DNA of 64,000 nucleotides from a bacterium (GCA_963692865.2 OY843592.1:2624001-2688000); one strand, 5' to 3'. Shown: positions 1 through 10,560, counted from the first letter of the stretch. Notes: a model not told the origin generated them from the letters alone. A program made the numbers and translations.

Positions 1-241
1 TCGTCGTGAGGACGACGTCCGCCCCCAGTTTCTTGAGCGCGGCGCCCAGATTGGCTTCGGACTTCCCGTTCCCGTAGCCCATCGCCGTATCGAAGAAGTT
101 CACGCCCCCGTCCAGCGCGCCGCGAACCGCGCGGAGCTGCCCCTCGTGGTCGTCGCCCACCATGAGGCGGCTGATCCCGCCCGTGCCGAAACCTATCTCG
201 GACACCGGGACGCCCGTGCTCCCCAGGGCGCGCATGCGCAT
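1..241 (-). CDS. Aldo/keto reductase, N-terminal part (runs off the window edge)
   Basis: Manual translation MRMRALGSTGVPVSEIGFGTGG...GVNFFDTAMGYGNGKSEANLG matches the AKR motif (FDTA..YG.G.SE); GGAG RBS upstream; not in the ORF track. Confidence 0.88.
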   Translation of the reverse strand, partial: MRMRALGSTGVPVSEIGFGTGGISRLMVGDDHEGQLRAVRGALDGGVNFFDTAMGYGNGKSEANLGAALKKLGADVVLTT

Positions 242-318
242 CGTCTGCCTCTCCATAAAATTTCTCCATACGTCCGGGGCGAAGCCTACCACGAGCGGGC
301 GAGCAGGCGAAGGAGAAC

Positions 319-660
319 GGGGCTGTTGAAAAAAACCCCTTGTCGGGTACGTCCTTTTGCTTTTGATCGTCATTCCCCTGCCATGAAAACCAACCGCCCT
401 ACCCCCCCTTGTCGAGGCTGTTGAAAAACCCTCTCCGTCTCATCCTGAGTAGCGGCGAAGCCGCGTATCGAAGGTCAATCACGACCAATGCGGGAGCGAT
501 TGCCTCTCGCCCGGCGCGAGGCGTTCGATTCCCCTCGCCCTTCGATACGCCGCCTCCGGCGGCTACTCAGGGTGAGGGGGGAAGAATGCCGCATAAGCCA
601 GGAACGAAAGCAAAATTCCTCATCCCGAGTAGGCGCGCTTGCGCGCCGTATCGAGGGACG
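319..660. repeat. REP-like cluster with two left TIR copies (GGGGCTGTTGAAAAA at 319 and 414) and CTGAG/TCGAAGG-family palindromes
   Basis: catcctgagtagcggcgaagccgcgtatcgaagg and its inverted partner; 414-545 is nearly identical to 39451-39585. Confidence 0.8.
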
Positions 661-717
661 AATGCGCGCCCGGCGCATTTTGATGTAGGATAGGCGTATT
701 CCTTACATGGAGAGAAC

Positions 718-3243
718 GTGCACCCCCTGCATCTGCTGGCGGTCGGTTACATAGCGGGTCTGTTGACGGGCGGGGTTTCCTTCGACTTCGAGCGGGGAGA
801 CGCGGCGTCGACCCTCACCGCCGCGCTCGTGCCGGCCTTCTCGATCATCCTCGCCATGAGCCGCCGCATTCGCGGAAAGACCCAGGGGCTCCTCGCTGCA
901 ACCCTCGTGTTCATGGGATTCGCCGCCTCTTTCGCCGTGCCCGCCCTCCACCGCCATGCGACGCCTGCGCATCACCTGCTGCGACAGGTTCCCTACGAGC
1001 GCATGAACCTCACGGGCCACCTCTCCCGGCCCGTGGAGCGAAACAAAAGCGCGTCGCGCAGGCCGCGCATATACCTCGAAGTGGAGCGCGCCCTCATCCG
1101 CGGCGTCGAGGTTCCTATGACCGGCGTCGTTCGGATCACGCTGGCCTCACGCCTCGAGAAAATCCCCGAGGTGGGCGACAGGCTTCTCATCCGGCGCGTC
1201 CGCCTGAGGCCTCCCGAGCGCTTCAAGAACCCGGGCGGGTTCGACTACCGCGAATTCCTGCGGCTGAGAGGCGTCCACGCCGTCGCCTACGGCTCCGTGC
1301 GCAACGTTCATCTTTTAGAACCGATGGAGAAACGGGGCTGGCGGCGGATTTTGTTCCGCTTCCGCGAGCGCATGAGCGCCCACATGCGCGCCGTCTACCC
1401 CGAGCGCGCCGCCGGCCTCATCGAGGCGATGACCATCGGCCTGCGGGACGGCATCGACACCAAACTCAAGGACGCCTTCAGGAAGTCGGGCGCTGCGCAT
1501 CTGCTCGCCATCAGCGGGCTTCACGTGGGCTTCATCGCCGCTTTTTTCTTCTTCGGCCTGCAAGGTTTTCTCCGCAGGCTTCCGCCCTGGGCTTTCCCCC
1601 TGCGACCGTTCGTGTTCACGCCGTCGAAACTCGCATCGCTCGGCGTCATCCCCCTCGTGATTCTGTTCGCGCTGCTGAGCGGCGCGCGGATTTCCACGGT
1701 GCGCGCCACCATCATGATCGTCACCTATCTCCTCACCCGGCTCCTGGAGCGGCCCGGATCGGCGATCCACTCCGTGCTTCTCGCCGCCCTGATCATCCTG
1801 CTGGTTGAACCCGGCTTCATCTGGGACGTGGGGTTTCAACTCTCCTTCGTTGCGGTGAGCGCCATCATCCTGGCGGCGGACAGGCTCCCGCGGCCCGAAG
1901 CGCGCCTGAGAATCCGGGAGAAGGAGTGGTGGCTCGCGCGCGCGCACCAACTCGCCGTCATCCAACTGGTCGTCACCGCGTCGATCACGCCGCTCACGGC
2001 GCTCCATTTCCATCAGGCGCATCCCATCGGCCTGATCGTGAATTTTCTGCTCATTCCGCTCGCCTCGCTTCTCGTGCCCCTCGCCTTCGCGGCGAGCGCC
2101 ATCGCCGCCCTCATTCCGGCGGGCGCGGGCGCGCTCCTGCTCCCCGCCGCGTGGCTCGCCGGCGCTCTCGCGCAGTTCATGATTCTCGTGTCGACCTGGT
2201 CCGCCTCCATTCCATGGGCCACGATCATTGCGCCGAGTCCCCAGGCCTGGCTCATCGCCTCCGTCTACGCACTCATGGCCCTGGCGTTGCGATCAAGGCG
2301 CGCGCGGCGGCGGCGAATCGCCTGGGCGGGCGTGTGCTGCCTGATTTTTTTCCTCCTGCTCCCCGGCGCCTCTACACAGGCCTCAGGGCCAAAGCGGACC
2401 ACGCTGCTTCTTCCCGACGCCGGTAACGTGGACGCCTTTTTCCTGCGCCTCCCCGACGGGAAAGGGCTGGCGGTCGACGCCTCAGGCAAACGGGCGGGCG
2501 GCTTCAACGCCTGGGGAAACGTGCTCGCTCCCCTGATGCGCCGGGAGAACGAGTTGAGCTGGCGCACGATGCTCAGCCTCTCCAGATATCCCAAAGAGCA
2601 ACTCGCTGCGAACGCGTTCGCCACAGGCATACGGATCGAAAACCTGCTTCGCATAGGCGACCTCAGGACTTCCGCGCCGTATCGCTCCCGTCTCAGCAAG
2701 CGGCGCCGCTCTCCCCGCGCCATATGGCGGATGAGCGGAGGCGCAGCGCGGGTTTCCCTGCATTCGTGGAGAGGAGGCGCGATGGGTTTCGAGGTTCAAA
2801 ACCCGGGTTCGCGCTGGCTGCTCATGCTGCGCTCCAGATATCCGGCGTTCGACGCAAGGTGGTTTCGAGGCAAGAGATACGACCTCGTGCGCCTGCCCGA
2901 GAGCCTGCTCAGAAAACGGGAAGTGCTCGACTGGCTGGAGGCGCGTCCGCCCCGCGCCGTCGTGGCCGCTCCCCAGAGGGTGGAATGGATGCGGACCGGC
3001 CTTTGGCGCGAAACGAGGAGAAGGCAGAGAAGACTGGGGGTCTATCGCCCCTGGCGCGGGGGAATGCTGCGCGTTCGGGCGGGCGGCGGGGCGGCTGGCG
3101 CGCGTCTTTTAATCGAGCGATTCCGCGCGCCCGAACCCTGGCCCGGGAGCGGCGCCGCTCGGTGGGTCGCGTTTCGAAGGAGTCTCGCGCCTGGATTATC
3201 AAACCGCGGGAAGATAAATCGACGGGTCGCCTACACCAGGTGA
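718..3243 (+). CDS. comEC: ComEC/Rec2 DNA uptake channel
   Basis: NPGGFDY motif, HLLAISGLHVG competence-domain motif, GFQLSF, many TM segments, degenerate C-terminal metallo-beta-lactamase region. Confidence 0.92.
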   Translation: MHPLHLLAVGYIAGLLTGGVSFDFERGDAASTLTAALVPAFSIILAMSRRIRGKTQGLLAATLVFMGFAASFAVPALHRHATPAHHLLRQVPYERMNLTGHLSRPVERNKSASRRPRIYLEVERALIRGVEVPMTGVVRITLASRLEKIPEVGDRLLIRRVRLRPPERFKNPGGFDYREFLRLRGVHAVAYGSVRNVHLLEPMEKRGWRRILFRFRERMSAHMRAVYPERAAGLIEAMTIGLRDGIDTKLKDAFRKSGAAHLLAISGLHVGFIAAFFFFGLQGFLRRLPPWAFPLRPFVFTPSKLASLGVIPLVILFALLSGARISTVRATIMIVTYLLTRLLERPGSAIHSVLLAALIILLVEPGFIWDVGFQLSFVAVSAIILAADRLPRPEARLRIREKEWWLARAHQLAVIQLVVTASITPLTALHFHQAHPIGLIVNFLLIPLASLLVPLAFAASAIAALIPAGAGALLLPAAWLAGALAQFMILVSTWSASIPWATIIAPSPQAWLIASVYALMALALRSRRARRRRIAWAGVCCLIFFLLLPGASTQASGPKRTTLLLPDAGNVDAFFLRLPDGKGLAVDASGKRAGGFNAWGNVLAPLMRRENELSWRTMLSLSRYPKEQLAANAFATGIRIENLLRIGDLRTSAPYRSRLSKRRRSPRAIWRMSGGAARVSLHSWRGGAMGFEVQNPGSRWLLMLRSRYPAFDARWFRGKRYDLVRLPESLLRKREVLDWLEARPPRAVVAAPQRVEWMRTGLWRETRRRQRRLGVYRPWRGGMLRVRAGGGAAGARLLIERFRAPEPWPGSGAARWVAFRRSLAPGLSNRGKINRRVAYTR

Positions 3244-3251
3244 ACCGAACC

Positions 3252-3646
3252 GAGGTTGTTGAAAAAGCCCCTTCACGAAAATCCTTCATTCGCGGAGGCG
3301 GCCTTTGATCGTCATTTCGGCGCACGCCGGAATCCAGAGCCGAGGAGGAAGGCAACAGCACCGGACAGCCCCAAAAACAACAAGACAAAAACAATAAAGC
3401 CAAAACCAAATTCCCTGGATTCCGGCGTGCGCCGGAATGACGGCGGGGACAAGCCCCTGGGAGAAGAAAAGCGGGGTCATCGGATGGCCCTGCGCAGGGC
3501 GCGATAGTTCTGTAGCAAGACAAGCCTTTTGGGTTGTCCTGCCCTCCGTGGTTGTCCTTTGTCAGGACAGGCACGGAGGCCTGTCCCTACGGTGAATAAT
3601 TCAACGATCGGGATTCCCTCCCCGACGAGGGATTTTCAACAGCCCC
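3252..3646. mobile_element. MITE-like element carrying a CGTC REP doublet and a GTAG REP
   Basis: TIRs GAGGTTGTTGAAAAA / TTTTCAACAGCCCC; GAACC direct repeat at 3247-3251 and 3647-3651; REPs at 3310-3336, 3416-3442 and 3564-3590. Confidence 0.8.
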
Positions 3647-3702
3647 GAACCGGGCGGGCCGCCTGCTCCCGGTGATACAAGCCCCCGTGGAACGGCCCCG
3701 AA

Positions 3703-5406
3703 TCAGTCGCCCGCGTCGGGCGGGGGCGCCGTGGCGGCCCCGCCCCGGAAGGACTTCACCGTCCGCGTCCAGCGGGAGGAAAGAACCTCCCGGTCGATGG
3801 GGCAGTCGATGACGTGGACGCCGCCCCCCGCCTGGGATTCGCGGATGGCGCTCGCCAACTCCTCCGCCGACTCCACGCGCCGGCCATGCGCGCCGAACGC
3901 GCGCGCGAGGGCCGGGAAATCGGGGTTGTTGAGCGAGGTGGCGATGTAGCGCTCGCCGAACACGTGTTTTTGCGAGTGCCTGAGCGCGTTGTATTCCCCG
4001 TCGTTGAAAATGAGATAGGTGATGGACAGATCGAGCGCCATAGCCGTGGCCAGTTCGCCGCAGACCATGGTGAAGCTGCCGTCGCCCACGACGGCGCACA
4101 CGGGCCGCTCGGGCGCGCCCAGCTTCGCCCCGATGGCCGCGCCCACGGCGTAGCCCATCGACTGGTAGGCTTCGGAGAGCAAAATGCTTCTCGGGCGGTG
4201 GACGACGAACGCCTGCTCCATGAGCCAGCTCTGGGTGGCCGAGGAATCGGAGACGAAAATCGTATCCGGCGAGGCGTTATCGCGCAGCGTCTTCATCACG
4301 AACAGACCGTGAAAGGGCGGCTCGGCGGGCTGCGCCAGAAACGAACGGAGCCTCTCCTCATAGCGCCTTTTCCCTTCGCGCACGCGGACGTGACCTTCAG
4401 AAAGCGCGGCGTCCTCAGCGTCGGCGATTCTCCTGAGCAGGCCATCGAGCGCGGGCTTGAGATCGCTCACCAGGCCTTTCGACGCCGGGTAATTCCGCCC
4501 GACCCGCTCGGGGTCGATGTCTATCTGCACGAGATTCTTCGGCATCGGCGCCTTGAAGTAGAAGGTGGCGAACTGCCCGAAACCCGTGCCCAGAGCCAGA
4601 CACAAATCCGCCTCTTCGAGCATCTCCTCACAGCCCAGGAAATGCGCGAGGCCGAAGGAGAGCGGATCGGCTTCGGAGAGAATCCCCCGCCCCTTCACGG
4701 AAGTGACGACGGGCGCGCCCAGTTTCGACGCCAGAAGCTGCACCTCTCTCTCGCAGCGGGCGGCCACCACGCCGTTTCCCGCGTATATCACGGGGCGCCT
4801 GGCGGCCAGGAGCGACTCCGCGATCTCATCGAGCGCGCGCTCGTCCACGGGCGGCGGGGGCGGCGGCCCCTCGAACTCGGGCGCGATGATCACCCGCTCC
4901 TCTTCGGCTTGAAAGAGGTTCGCCTTCATCACCACCTGCGCCGGGCCGGGCCTTCCCGCCGCCGCCCAGCGGAACGCCGCCTCGACGGCGGGCGCGATGC
5001 CCGCGACCGAATCGGGCGTGAACGCCTTTTTCACGCAGCCCGCGAGCGCCTTTTCCATGTCCACGTCGTGGATGGCGCTTCTGTCCCGCATGTTGTCTGC
5101 GAGCGTGGCCGTCACCGCGACGACGGGCGCCGCGTCCTCGAATGCGGAGCGGAGCGCGGTGGCGACGTTCGTGCCGCCCGGCCCCGGCACGGTGAAGACC
5201 ACGCCCGTCCTGCCTGAAACCTTGGCGTAGCCGTCCGCCGCGAAGCCCGCCCCCTGCTCGTGGCGCGTGACGACGGGCGTCGCGCCAGCGCCGTCGATCA
5301 TCGCGTCGTAGACCGGCAGCGTGAGCGTGCCCGGAATGCCGAAAATGTATTCCGCGCCGTTCGCCTGAAGCGCATCCAGCAGGACCTGCGATCCGTTTCG
5401 CGCCAC
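3703..5406 (-). CDS. Thiamine pyrophosphate-binding enzyme (acetolactate synthase-like family)
   Basis: FGIPG, RHEQGAGFAADGYA and GDGSF...N TPP motif; GTG start after a purine-rich (GGAGGAG-like) RBS. Confidence 0.9.
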   Translation of the reverse strand: MARNGSQVLLDALQANGAEYIFGIPGTLTLPVYDAMIDGAGATPVVTRHEQGAGFAADGYAKVSGRTGVVFTVPGPGGTNVATALRSAFEDAAPVVAVTATLADNMRDRSAIHDVDMEKALAGCVKKAFTPDSVAGIAPAVEAAFRWAAAGRPGPAQVVMKANLFQAEEERVIIAPEFEGPPPPPPVDERALDEIAESLLAARRPVIYAGNGVVAARCEREVQLLASKLGAPVVTSVKGRGILSEADPLSFGLAHFLGCEEMLEEADLCLALGTGFGQFATFYFKAPMPKNLVQIDIDPERVGRNYPASKGLVSDLKPALDGLLRRIADAEDAALSEGHVRVREGKRRYEERLRSFLAQPAEPPFHGLFVMKTLRDNASPDTIFVSDSSATQSWLMEQAFVVHRPRSILLSEAYQSMGYAVGAAIGAKLGAPERPVCAVVGDGSFTMVCGELATAMALDLSITYLIFNDGEYNALRHSQKHVFGERYIATSLNNPDFPALARAFGAHGRRVESAEELASAIRESQAGGGVHVIDCPIDREVLSSRWTRTVKSFRGGAATAPPPDAGD

Positions 5407-5626
5407 CTGAAACTCCTCCGGTTCCCTCGAAGATACAAAACCCGCCAAAGCTAGGCGGCATCCGCGCGCGTGTCAACTTCCACGCCCGTTTGCGCGCGGA
5501 GGGGGGATGGACTACCTTCTCGACTGTTTCATATCGGCAGACATCGTGGGGAACGAATGGATAAGTAGCCGGGGTTCGCGGGAGGCGGAGCCGACTGTTC
5601 GGGGTTGCGGAAAAAGCGCCTGACAA

Positions 5627-5914
5627 GGGTTGTTGAGAAAGTCCTGACGAACGAAGTTTGGCGCAACCGATGAAAGAGCAAGAACCACTCCCCCCTTGAG
5701 GGGGAGTCGATGAAGCCGAGCGGTTTGTGCGAAGGCTGAATCGGTGGGGGGTAAAACGTGTTTGATCGCCATTACGAATTATACCCCCCACCGAATCGCT
5801 TCCGGGCTTACGCCCTCAGCTCTTCGACTCCCCCTCAAGGGGGGAGTGAAATCTCCGCCCTCTTAGGTCGGCTCCATACGCAGAATCACGAAATCAGGGT
5901 TTTTCAACAGCCAC
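5627..5914. mobile_element. MITE-like element carrying an ACTCCCCC(T)TGAGGGGGAGT repeat doublet
   Basis: TIRs GGGTTGTTGAGAAA / TTTTTCAACAGCCAC; GACAA on both flanks (5622-5626, 5915-5919). Confidence 0.65.
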
Positions 5915-5978
5915 GACAAAGGGGGGTCGACAAGGGAGGTAGAAGCTATGCCCCCGACGAGGGATTATTGACGGCCCC

Positions 5979-6231
5979 GTAGGGACAAACCCCTCCTCGG
6001 GGTTGTCCTGCCCTCCGTGGTTGTCCTTTGCCAGGGTTTCGGACAGGCACGGAGGCCTGTCCCTGCGGTCGCCGCTCAGGGAGTTTTTCAACGGCCCTCA
6101 TCGGTGGGATTCGGCCTCCCTCATCCCGAGTAGGCGCGCTTGCGCGCCGTATCGAGGGACGGACGAACCCCTTCGATACAAACGCTCTTTTCTCAGTCGC
6201 GTTTGACCTTCGGCGGCTGCTCAGGGTGAGG
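5979..6231. repeat. REP cluster (GTAG and CTGAG families) including the empty-site version of the REP interrupted at 20454-20724
   Basis: ggacaggcacggaggcctgtcc; catcccgagtaggcgcgcttgcgcgccgtatcgaggg; 6000-6066 is similar to 3531-3592. Confidence 0.75.
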
Positions 6232-6305
6232 AAGATGGGGGGGACGGCAGAACCTGCCCGGGCACGGCGAGGCGCAATACCGGTTCGCGGCCGGGCGGCG
6301 AGCGC

Positions 6306-7070
6306 ATGATGGAGAAATCGATGTTCAGCAGGCAAGCGGTAGACGCACTCAAGGAGGCGGAATCGGTGGCCGTCCTGACCGGGGCGGGCGTGAGCGCGGA
6401 GAGCGGCGTGCCCACCTTCCGGGGAGCGGGCGGCCTCTGGCGCGAGTACAGCGCCACCTCGCTGGCGACGCCCGAGGCCTTTCGCGCCGACCCCAGGCTC
6501 GTCTGGGAGTTTTACAACTACCGCCGCGAGGCGCTCGCGCCGCTCTCCCCCAACCCGGGACATTACGCCATCGCCTCGCTGGAAGAGCACGTCAAGCGCT
6601 TCACCCTCATCACGCAGAACATCGACGACCTCCACCGCCTCGCCGGGACGAGGGAGATCGTGGAGCTTCACGGCAACATCTGGCGCGTCCGCTGCACGAA
6701 CCCGGGCTGTGAGCGCTACACGCTCGCGTGGGAGAACCGGGACGTGCCGGTCGACCCCCTGCCCCCTCATTGCGAGGCGTGCGAGAGCCTTCTGCGGCCC
6801 CACGTGGTGTGGTTCGGGGAGATGCTCGACCCCGAGCAGTTGCGCCGGGCGCTGGTTGCGGTGGATGATTGCGATTACCTGATCGTGGCGGGCACGTCCG
6901 CCGCGGTGCAGCCTGCCGCCTCGATGCCCATGACGGCCTCGCGGGGCGGCGCGTTCGTGCTCGAGGTGAACCCCGAGCCGACGGACATCAGCCCGTACAT
7001 GAGCGAGGCGGTGCAGGAGCCCTCGGGCGCCGCCCTCCCCCGCCTGCTCGAAGCGGCCTTAGGAGGATAG
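6306..7070 (+). CDS. cobB: NAD-dependent protein deacylase (sirtuin, class III)
   Basis: GAGVSAESGVPTFRG, TQNIDDLH, HGN, RPHVVWFGE, GTS; YxxR of the desuccinylase class. Confidence 0.95.
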   Translation: MMEKSMFSRQAVDALKEAESVAVLTGAGVSAESGVPTFRGAGGLWREYSATSLATPEAFRADPRLVWEFYNYRREALAPLSPNPGHYAIASLEEHVKRFTLITQNIDDLHRLAGTREIVELHGNIWRVRCTNPGCERYTLAWENRDVPVDPLPPHCEACESLLRPHVVWFGEMLDPEQLRRALVAVDDCDYLIVAGTSAAVQPAASMPMTASRGGAFVLEVNPEPTDISPYMSEAVQEPSGAALPRLLEAALGG

Positions 7071-7072
7071 CG

Positions 7073-8335
7073 ATGGCGCGGCCCAGGCTTACGGCGGTGC
7101 GCGGCGTGAGAGACATTCTGCCGGAGGAATCAAAACACTGGCATGGCGCCGAACGCCTGGCGCGCGAGATTTTCACGCGCTACGGCTACGGAGAGATTAG
7201 AGTGCCCGTGTTCGAGCGCACGGAGCTTTTCGCGCGCGGCATCGGCGAGGAAACCGACATCGTCTCCAAGGAGATGTACACCTTTGAGGACAAGGGCGGC
7301 GACTCCATCACCCTCCGTCCCGAGGCGACCGCCTCGATTTGCCGCGCCTACGTCCAAAACGGCCTCCACAACCGCGCGAGCGTCTCGAAACTCTTCTGCA
7401 TCGGCCCCATGTTCCGCTACGAGCGTCCCCAGGCGGGCCGCCTGCGGCAGTTCCACCAGATAGACGCCGAGGTGTTCGGCTCGGTGGACCCGGCGGTCGA
7501 CGCCGAACTCATCGTGATGCTCATGGAATTTCTGGACGCCATGGGGGTCGAGGGGCTGGCGCTCCAGATCAACAACCTGGGCGATGCGGAATGCCGCCCG
7601 GCCTACGCCGCCGCCCTCCAGGAGTATCTCAAGCAAGAAACGAAGCACCTGGGCGCCGAAACCGCCGAGCGGGTCGAGCGCAACCCGCTTCGTTTTCTCG
7701 ACAGCAAGGACCCGGATCACCAGGAGATCATCGCGCGCGCGCCGAGGATAGACGCCTTCTGGAACGAGCAGTGCGGTGAGCATCTGGAGAGCGTATGCCG
7801 CTTTCTGGAAAGCGCGGGCGTCGCGTATGAGATAAACCCGAGGCTCGTTCGCGGCCTCGACTACTACTGCCTCACCGTGTTCGAGGTGACGAGCGAGAGC
7901 CTCGGAGCGCAGAACGCGGTGTGCGGCGGGGGGCGCTACGACGGCCTCGTGGAGGAGTTGGGCGGCCCACCCACGCCGGGCATCGGCTTCGCGGTCGGCG
8001 TGGAGCGGCTCCTGCAACTGGCGGGCGAAAAGGCCCCCGCCCCGAAAGAAGAAGCGCAAGTCTACATCGTCGCGCTCGGCGACGCCGCGCAGGACCAGGT
8101 ATTCGAGCTCGCCACCGAGTTGCGCGCGCAGGGGGTTCGCACCGAACGCTCCTTCGGCGGGGGCAGCATGAAAAGCCAGATGAGGCGCGCAGACCGCTCG
8201 GGCGCGGCTTTCGTGCTCCTGCTCGGCGAGGATGAGGCCGCCAAAGGGGTGGTGAGCGTCCGCCACATGAACGAGAGCCGCCAGACCGAGGTGAGGCGCG
8301 AGGAAATATCGGATTATATTAAAGAGAATTTATAG
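7073..8335 (+). CDS. hisS: Histidine--tRNA ligase
   Basis: RGVRD, KEMYTF, LRPEATA, FRYERPQAGRLRQFHQ, LVRGLDYY, GGGRYDGL; ATG after GGAGG. Confidence 0.98.
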   Translation: MARPRLTAVRGVRDILPEESKHWHGAERLAREIFTRYGYGEIRVPVFERTELFARGIGEETDIVSKEMYTFEDKGGDSITLRPEATASICRAYVQNGLHNRASVSKLFCIGPMFRYERPQAGRLRQFHQIDAEVFGSVDPAVDAELIVMLMEFLDAMGVEGLALQINNLGDAECRPAYAAALQEYLKQETKHLGAETAERVERNPLRFLDSKDPDHQEIIARAPRIDAFWNEQCGEHLESVCRFLESAGVAYEINPRLVRGLDYYCLTVFEVTSESLGAQNAVCGGGRYDGLVEELGGPPTPGIGFAVGVERLLQLAGEKAPAPKEEAQVYIVALGDAAQDQVFELATELRAQGVRTERSFGGGSMKSQMRRADRSGAAFVLLLGEDEAAKGVVSVRHMNESRQTEVRREEISDYIKENL

Positions 8336-8365
8336 GTTAAATAACAATATCTTACAAATTGTTGT

Positions 8366-9313
8366 TCAAGTAGATTCAGAATCTTTGCAGAGCCATTCAT
8401 ACACGCTGACGACCCCCACTTCGCTGAATCCCAGACTTTGATAGAAGGCGCGCACATCCTCGTTATCGCCGGAAACGATGAGTTCGAGCGCCTCCGCGCC
8501 GCAATCCCGCGCTCTTTGGGCAGAGGTCTGGATCAGCAGGCGGCCCAGCCCTCTTCTGCGGTGAGCGGGCATGACGCCGATGTCGGGAATGTAGACGGCT
8601 TTATCGCCCGCAGCCAACCGGTTCGGGTCGACGGCCAGTATCGCCATCCCCGCGCCCTCGGGGTTTCCCGATTCGCCATTCAAAAACTCGAGGATGAACG
8701 AATTCTCAGGTCTAGTGTCCGGCGCGTCGTACCAGGCGGTGATCGTCTCGACCGTATGGGGCATGAAATTCCACATGTTCTCGAAAATCCCGTTGAAAAG
8801 CTCTGCAAGGTACTGCGCGTCGCCGGGCAGGGCCGCCGCTCGAATCCCGTAGCCCGAGGGCAGGAGCGGCTCCCCCAGCTCTTCGAGCGAGTCGTGCTTC
8901 AGGAAGCGGAGGTCGTGAACCTTCCGCCCCCCGCTCAGATACACGAAACGCCCCGGGAGCGAGACGGGCAGATACGCCCAGATGCCGCCCAGGCCGTTTT
9001 CCCGGGCCTCGGCGAGGGCCGCCTCGAGCAGATGACGCGCGTAGCCCGCCTTCCTGGCTTCGGGCCGCACGTAGAGCGCGTCGATGCAGGCCCTGCCCCG
9101 CGCCCGCGCCTCCCTGTTCACCACCATCCGGCAATAGCCCGCCGGATGCTCGTCACTCCCCTCGCCCGGCCAGGCCAGCCAGACCTTCGTGCCCGGCGCG
9201 CCGAACCCGCCGACCACCTCCTCGCGCGAAAGCCCGAAAGCCTCCGCCGCCAGGGCGGTCAGCGCATGGGTGTGCTGCGGCCCGACGGGCTCGACCCTAG
9301 CCGCGATGGACAT
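8366..9313 (-). CDS. Tandem GNAT acetyltransferase (MshD-like architecture)
   Basis: Two acetyl-CoA motifs, LYVRPEARKAGYA and IGVMPAHRRRGLG; FYQSLGF. Confidence 0.85.
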   Translation of the reverse strand: MSIAARVEPVGPQHTHALTALAAEAFGLSREEVVGGFGAPGTKVWLAWPGEGSDEHPAGYCRMVVNREARARGRACIDALYVRPEARKAGYARHLLEAALAEARENGLGGIWAYLPVSLPGRFVYLSGGRKVHDLRFLKHDSLEELGEPLLPSGYGIRAAALPGDAQYLAELFNGIFENMWNFMPHTVETITAWYDAPDTRPENSFILEFLNGESGNPEGAGMAILAVDPNRLAAGDKAVYIPDIGVMPAHRRRGLGRLLIQTSAQRARDCGAEALELIVSGDNEDVRAFYQSLGFSEVGVVSVYEWLCKDSEST

Positions 9314-9689
9314 GCACCTTCCCTTCGTCGATCATTTTCTCGAATTTTCTCATCAGCCAGCCCCGCACAACGGCCCGAACCGCGGGAACCATAAGCGCGA
9401 AGCCGGCGGCGTCGGTGAGAAGACCGGGCGTGAGCAGCAGCACGCCGCCCACGAGCACCATCGCGCCCTCGACCATCTCGGCGCCGGGGAGGCTCCCCGC
9501 CGCCATTTCCGCCTGGATGCGCGAGAGGGCGTAAAACCCCTGGGTTCTCGCCGCCCACGCGCCGAGCGCGCCCGTGAGAATCACGACCCCCAGCGTAGGC
9601 GCAAGGCCGATGGAGGTTCCCAGATCGATGAGAATCATCAGTTCGATGATGGGGATGAGCGTAAAGAGCAAAAACAGTTTGAAGATCAA
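9297..9689 (-). CDS. fxsA: FxsA family membrane protein
   Basis: PIIEL..LI, GGVLLLTPGLLTDAAG signature. Confidence 0.92.
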   Translation of the reverse strand: MIFKLFLLFTLIPIIELMILIDLGTSIGLAPTLGVVILTGALGAWAARTQGFYALSRIQAEMAAGSLPGAEMVEGAMVLVGGVLLLTPGLLTDAAGFALMVPAVRAVVRGWLMRKFEKMIDEGKVHVHRG

Positions 9690-9871
9690 GGGGCCTCTCC
9701 TTCCTGGCGCGTTTCGCGGATTTTACCACGAGTCCGCGCGGAATGGATATATGAGAAATTTGCGCTCAGCGGGGAGAATAAAGGTATACGCTGGAAAAGG
9801 ATTATCAAGCGGAGCCATCTCTCATTGAAGGCGCCCTTGACGCATTTTGTCAATTATGACAACATTTTCGA

Positions 9872-10222
9872 ATGAACGACGACACGCGGCCGATTGGGTG
9901 GATCAGGGCGGCACGCAAAACGTATGAGACGTTTCCCTTGAGCGTTCGGGATCGCTTCAACACTGCTCTGACGATTGCCGCAGAAGGCGGCAAGGCCGAC
10001 ATCGCCAAACCGCTGAAAGGACTTGGGTCCGGCGTCATTGAGATCGCGGTACGCTACCGGAGCGACGCCTACCGCGTCGTCTATGCTGTAGAGATCGCCG
10101 GAGCCTTGTGGGTGGTTCACGCCTTTCAGAAGAAGTCGAAGACGGGGATCAAGACCCCGAAGGCCGAGATCGATCTCATCCGGGCGAGATTGGGACGCCT
10201 GAAGAAGGAGTTGCGGCAATGA
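9872..10222 (+). CDS. RelE/HigB (Gp49-like) toxin
   Basis: KPLKGLGSGVIEI, AYRVVY, VHAFQKKSKTGIKTP. Confidence 0.9.
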   Translation: MNDDTRPIGWIRAARKTYETFPLSVRDRFNTALTIAAEGGKADIAKPLKGLGSGVIEIAVRYRSDAYRVVYAVEIAGALWVVHAFQKKSKTGIKTPKAEIDLIRARLGRLKKELRQ

Positions 10223-10560
10223 ATGAACACGATTTCGAACTGGTCCGGGGAAGCGGAAACGTCTTCCGGGACTTCGATGACCCTCACGCGGATTTGAAAC
10301 AGGCCAAGGCGATCCTCGCCGCCCGGATCATCGCGGTGCTCGACGAACGCAACCTCACGGTGAGAAAGGCCGCGGGCATGACCGGTTTCGCCGCGGCGGA
10401 TTTCTCGCGGATACGCAACGCGGCTCTCGGGCGTTTCACGCTGGATCGGCTGATGAAGATGCTCGCCGCCCTGGACGGGCGCATCCGGGTTACGGTCCAC
10501 CTCGACACACGGCAAGCCGGGCAAGCAGCCGTGCCGGTCCCTGGCCGACAGATGGCATAA
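10219..10560 (+). CDS. HigA-like XRE/HTH antitoxin
   Basis: GSGNVFRD...ADFSRIRNA.LGRFTLDRL; ATGA overlap with the toxin gene. Confidence 0.9.
   Translation: MNEHDFELVRGSGNVFRDFDDPHADLKQAKAILAARIIAVLDERNLTVRKAAGMTGFAAADFSRIRNAALGRFTLDRLMKMLAALDGRIRVTVHLDTRQAGQAAVPVPGRQMA

Noticed and set aside
6869-7072. N-terminal extension of hisS in the ORF track (likewise the extended starts of znuB, znuC, E1 alpha, ada, rimP, HigA)
   Set aside because: Overlaps upstream genes or leaders; downstream starts with an RBS match the family N-termini
8325-8345. Possible dif site (ttataggttaaat)
   Set aside because: Only partial similarity to the XerD arm and no XerC arm
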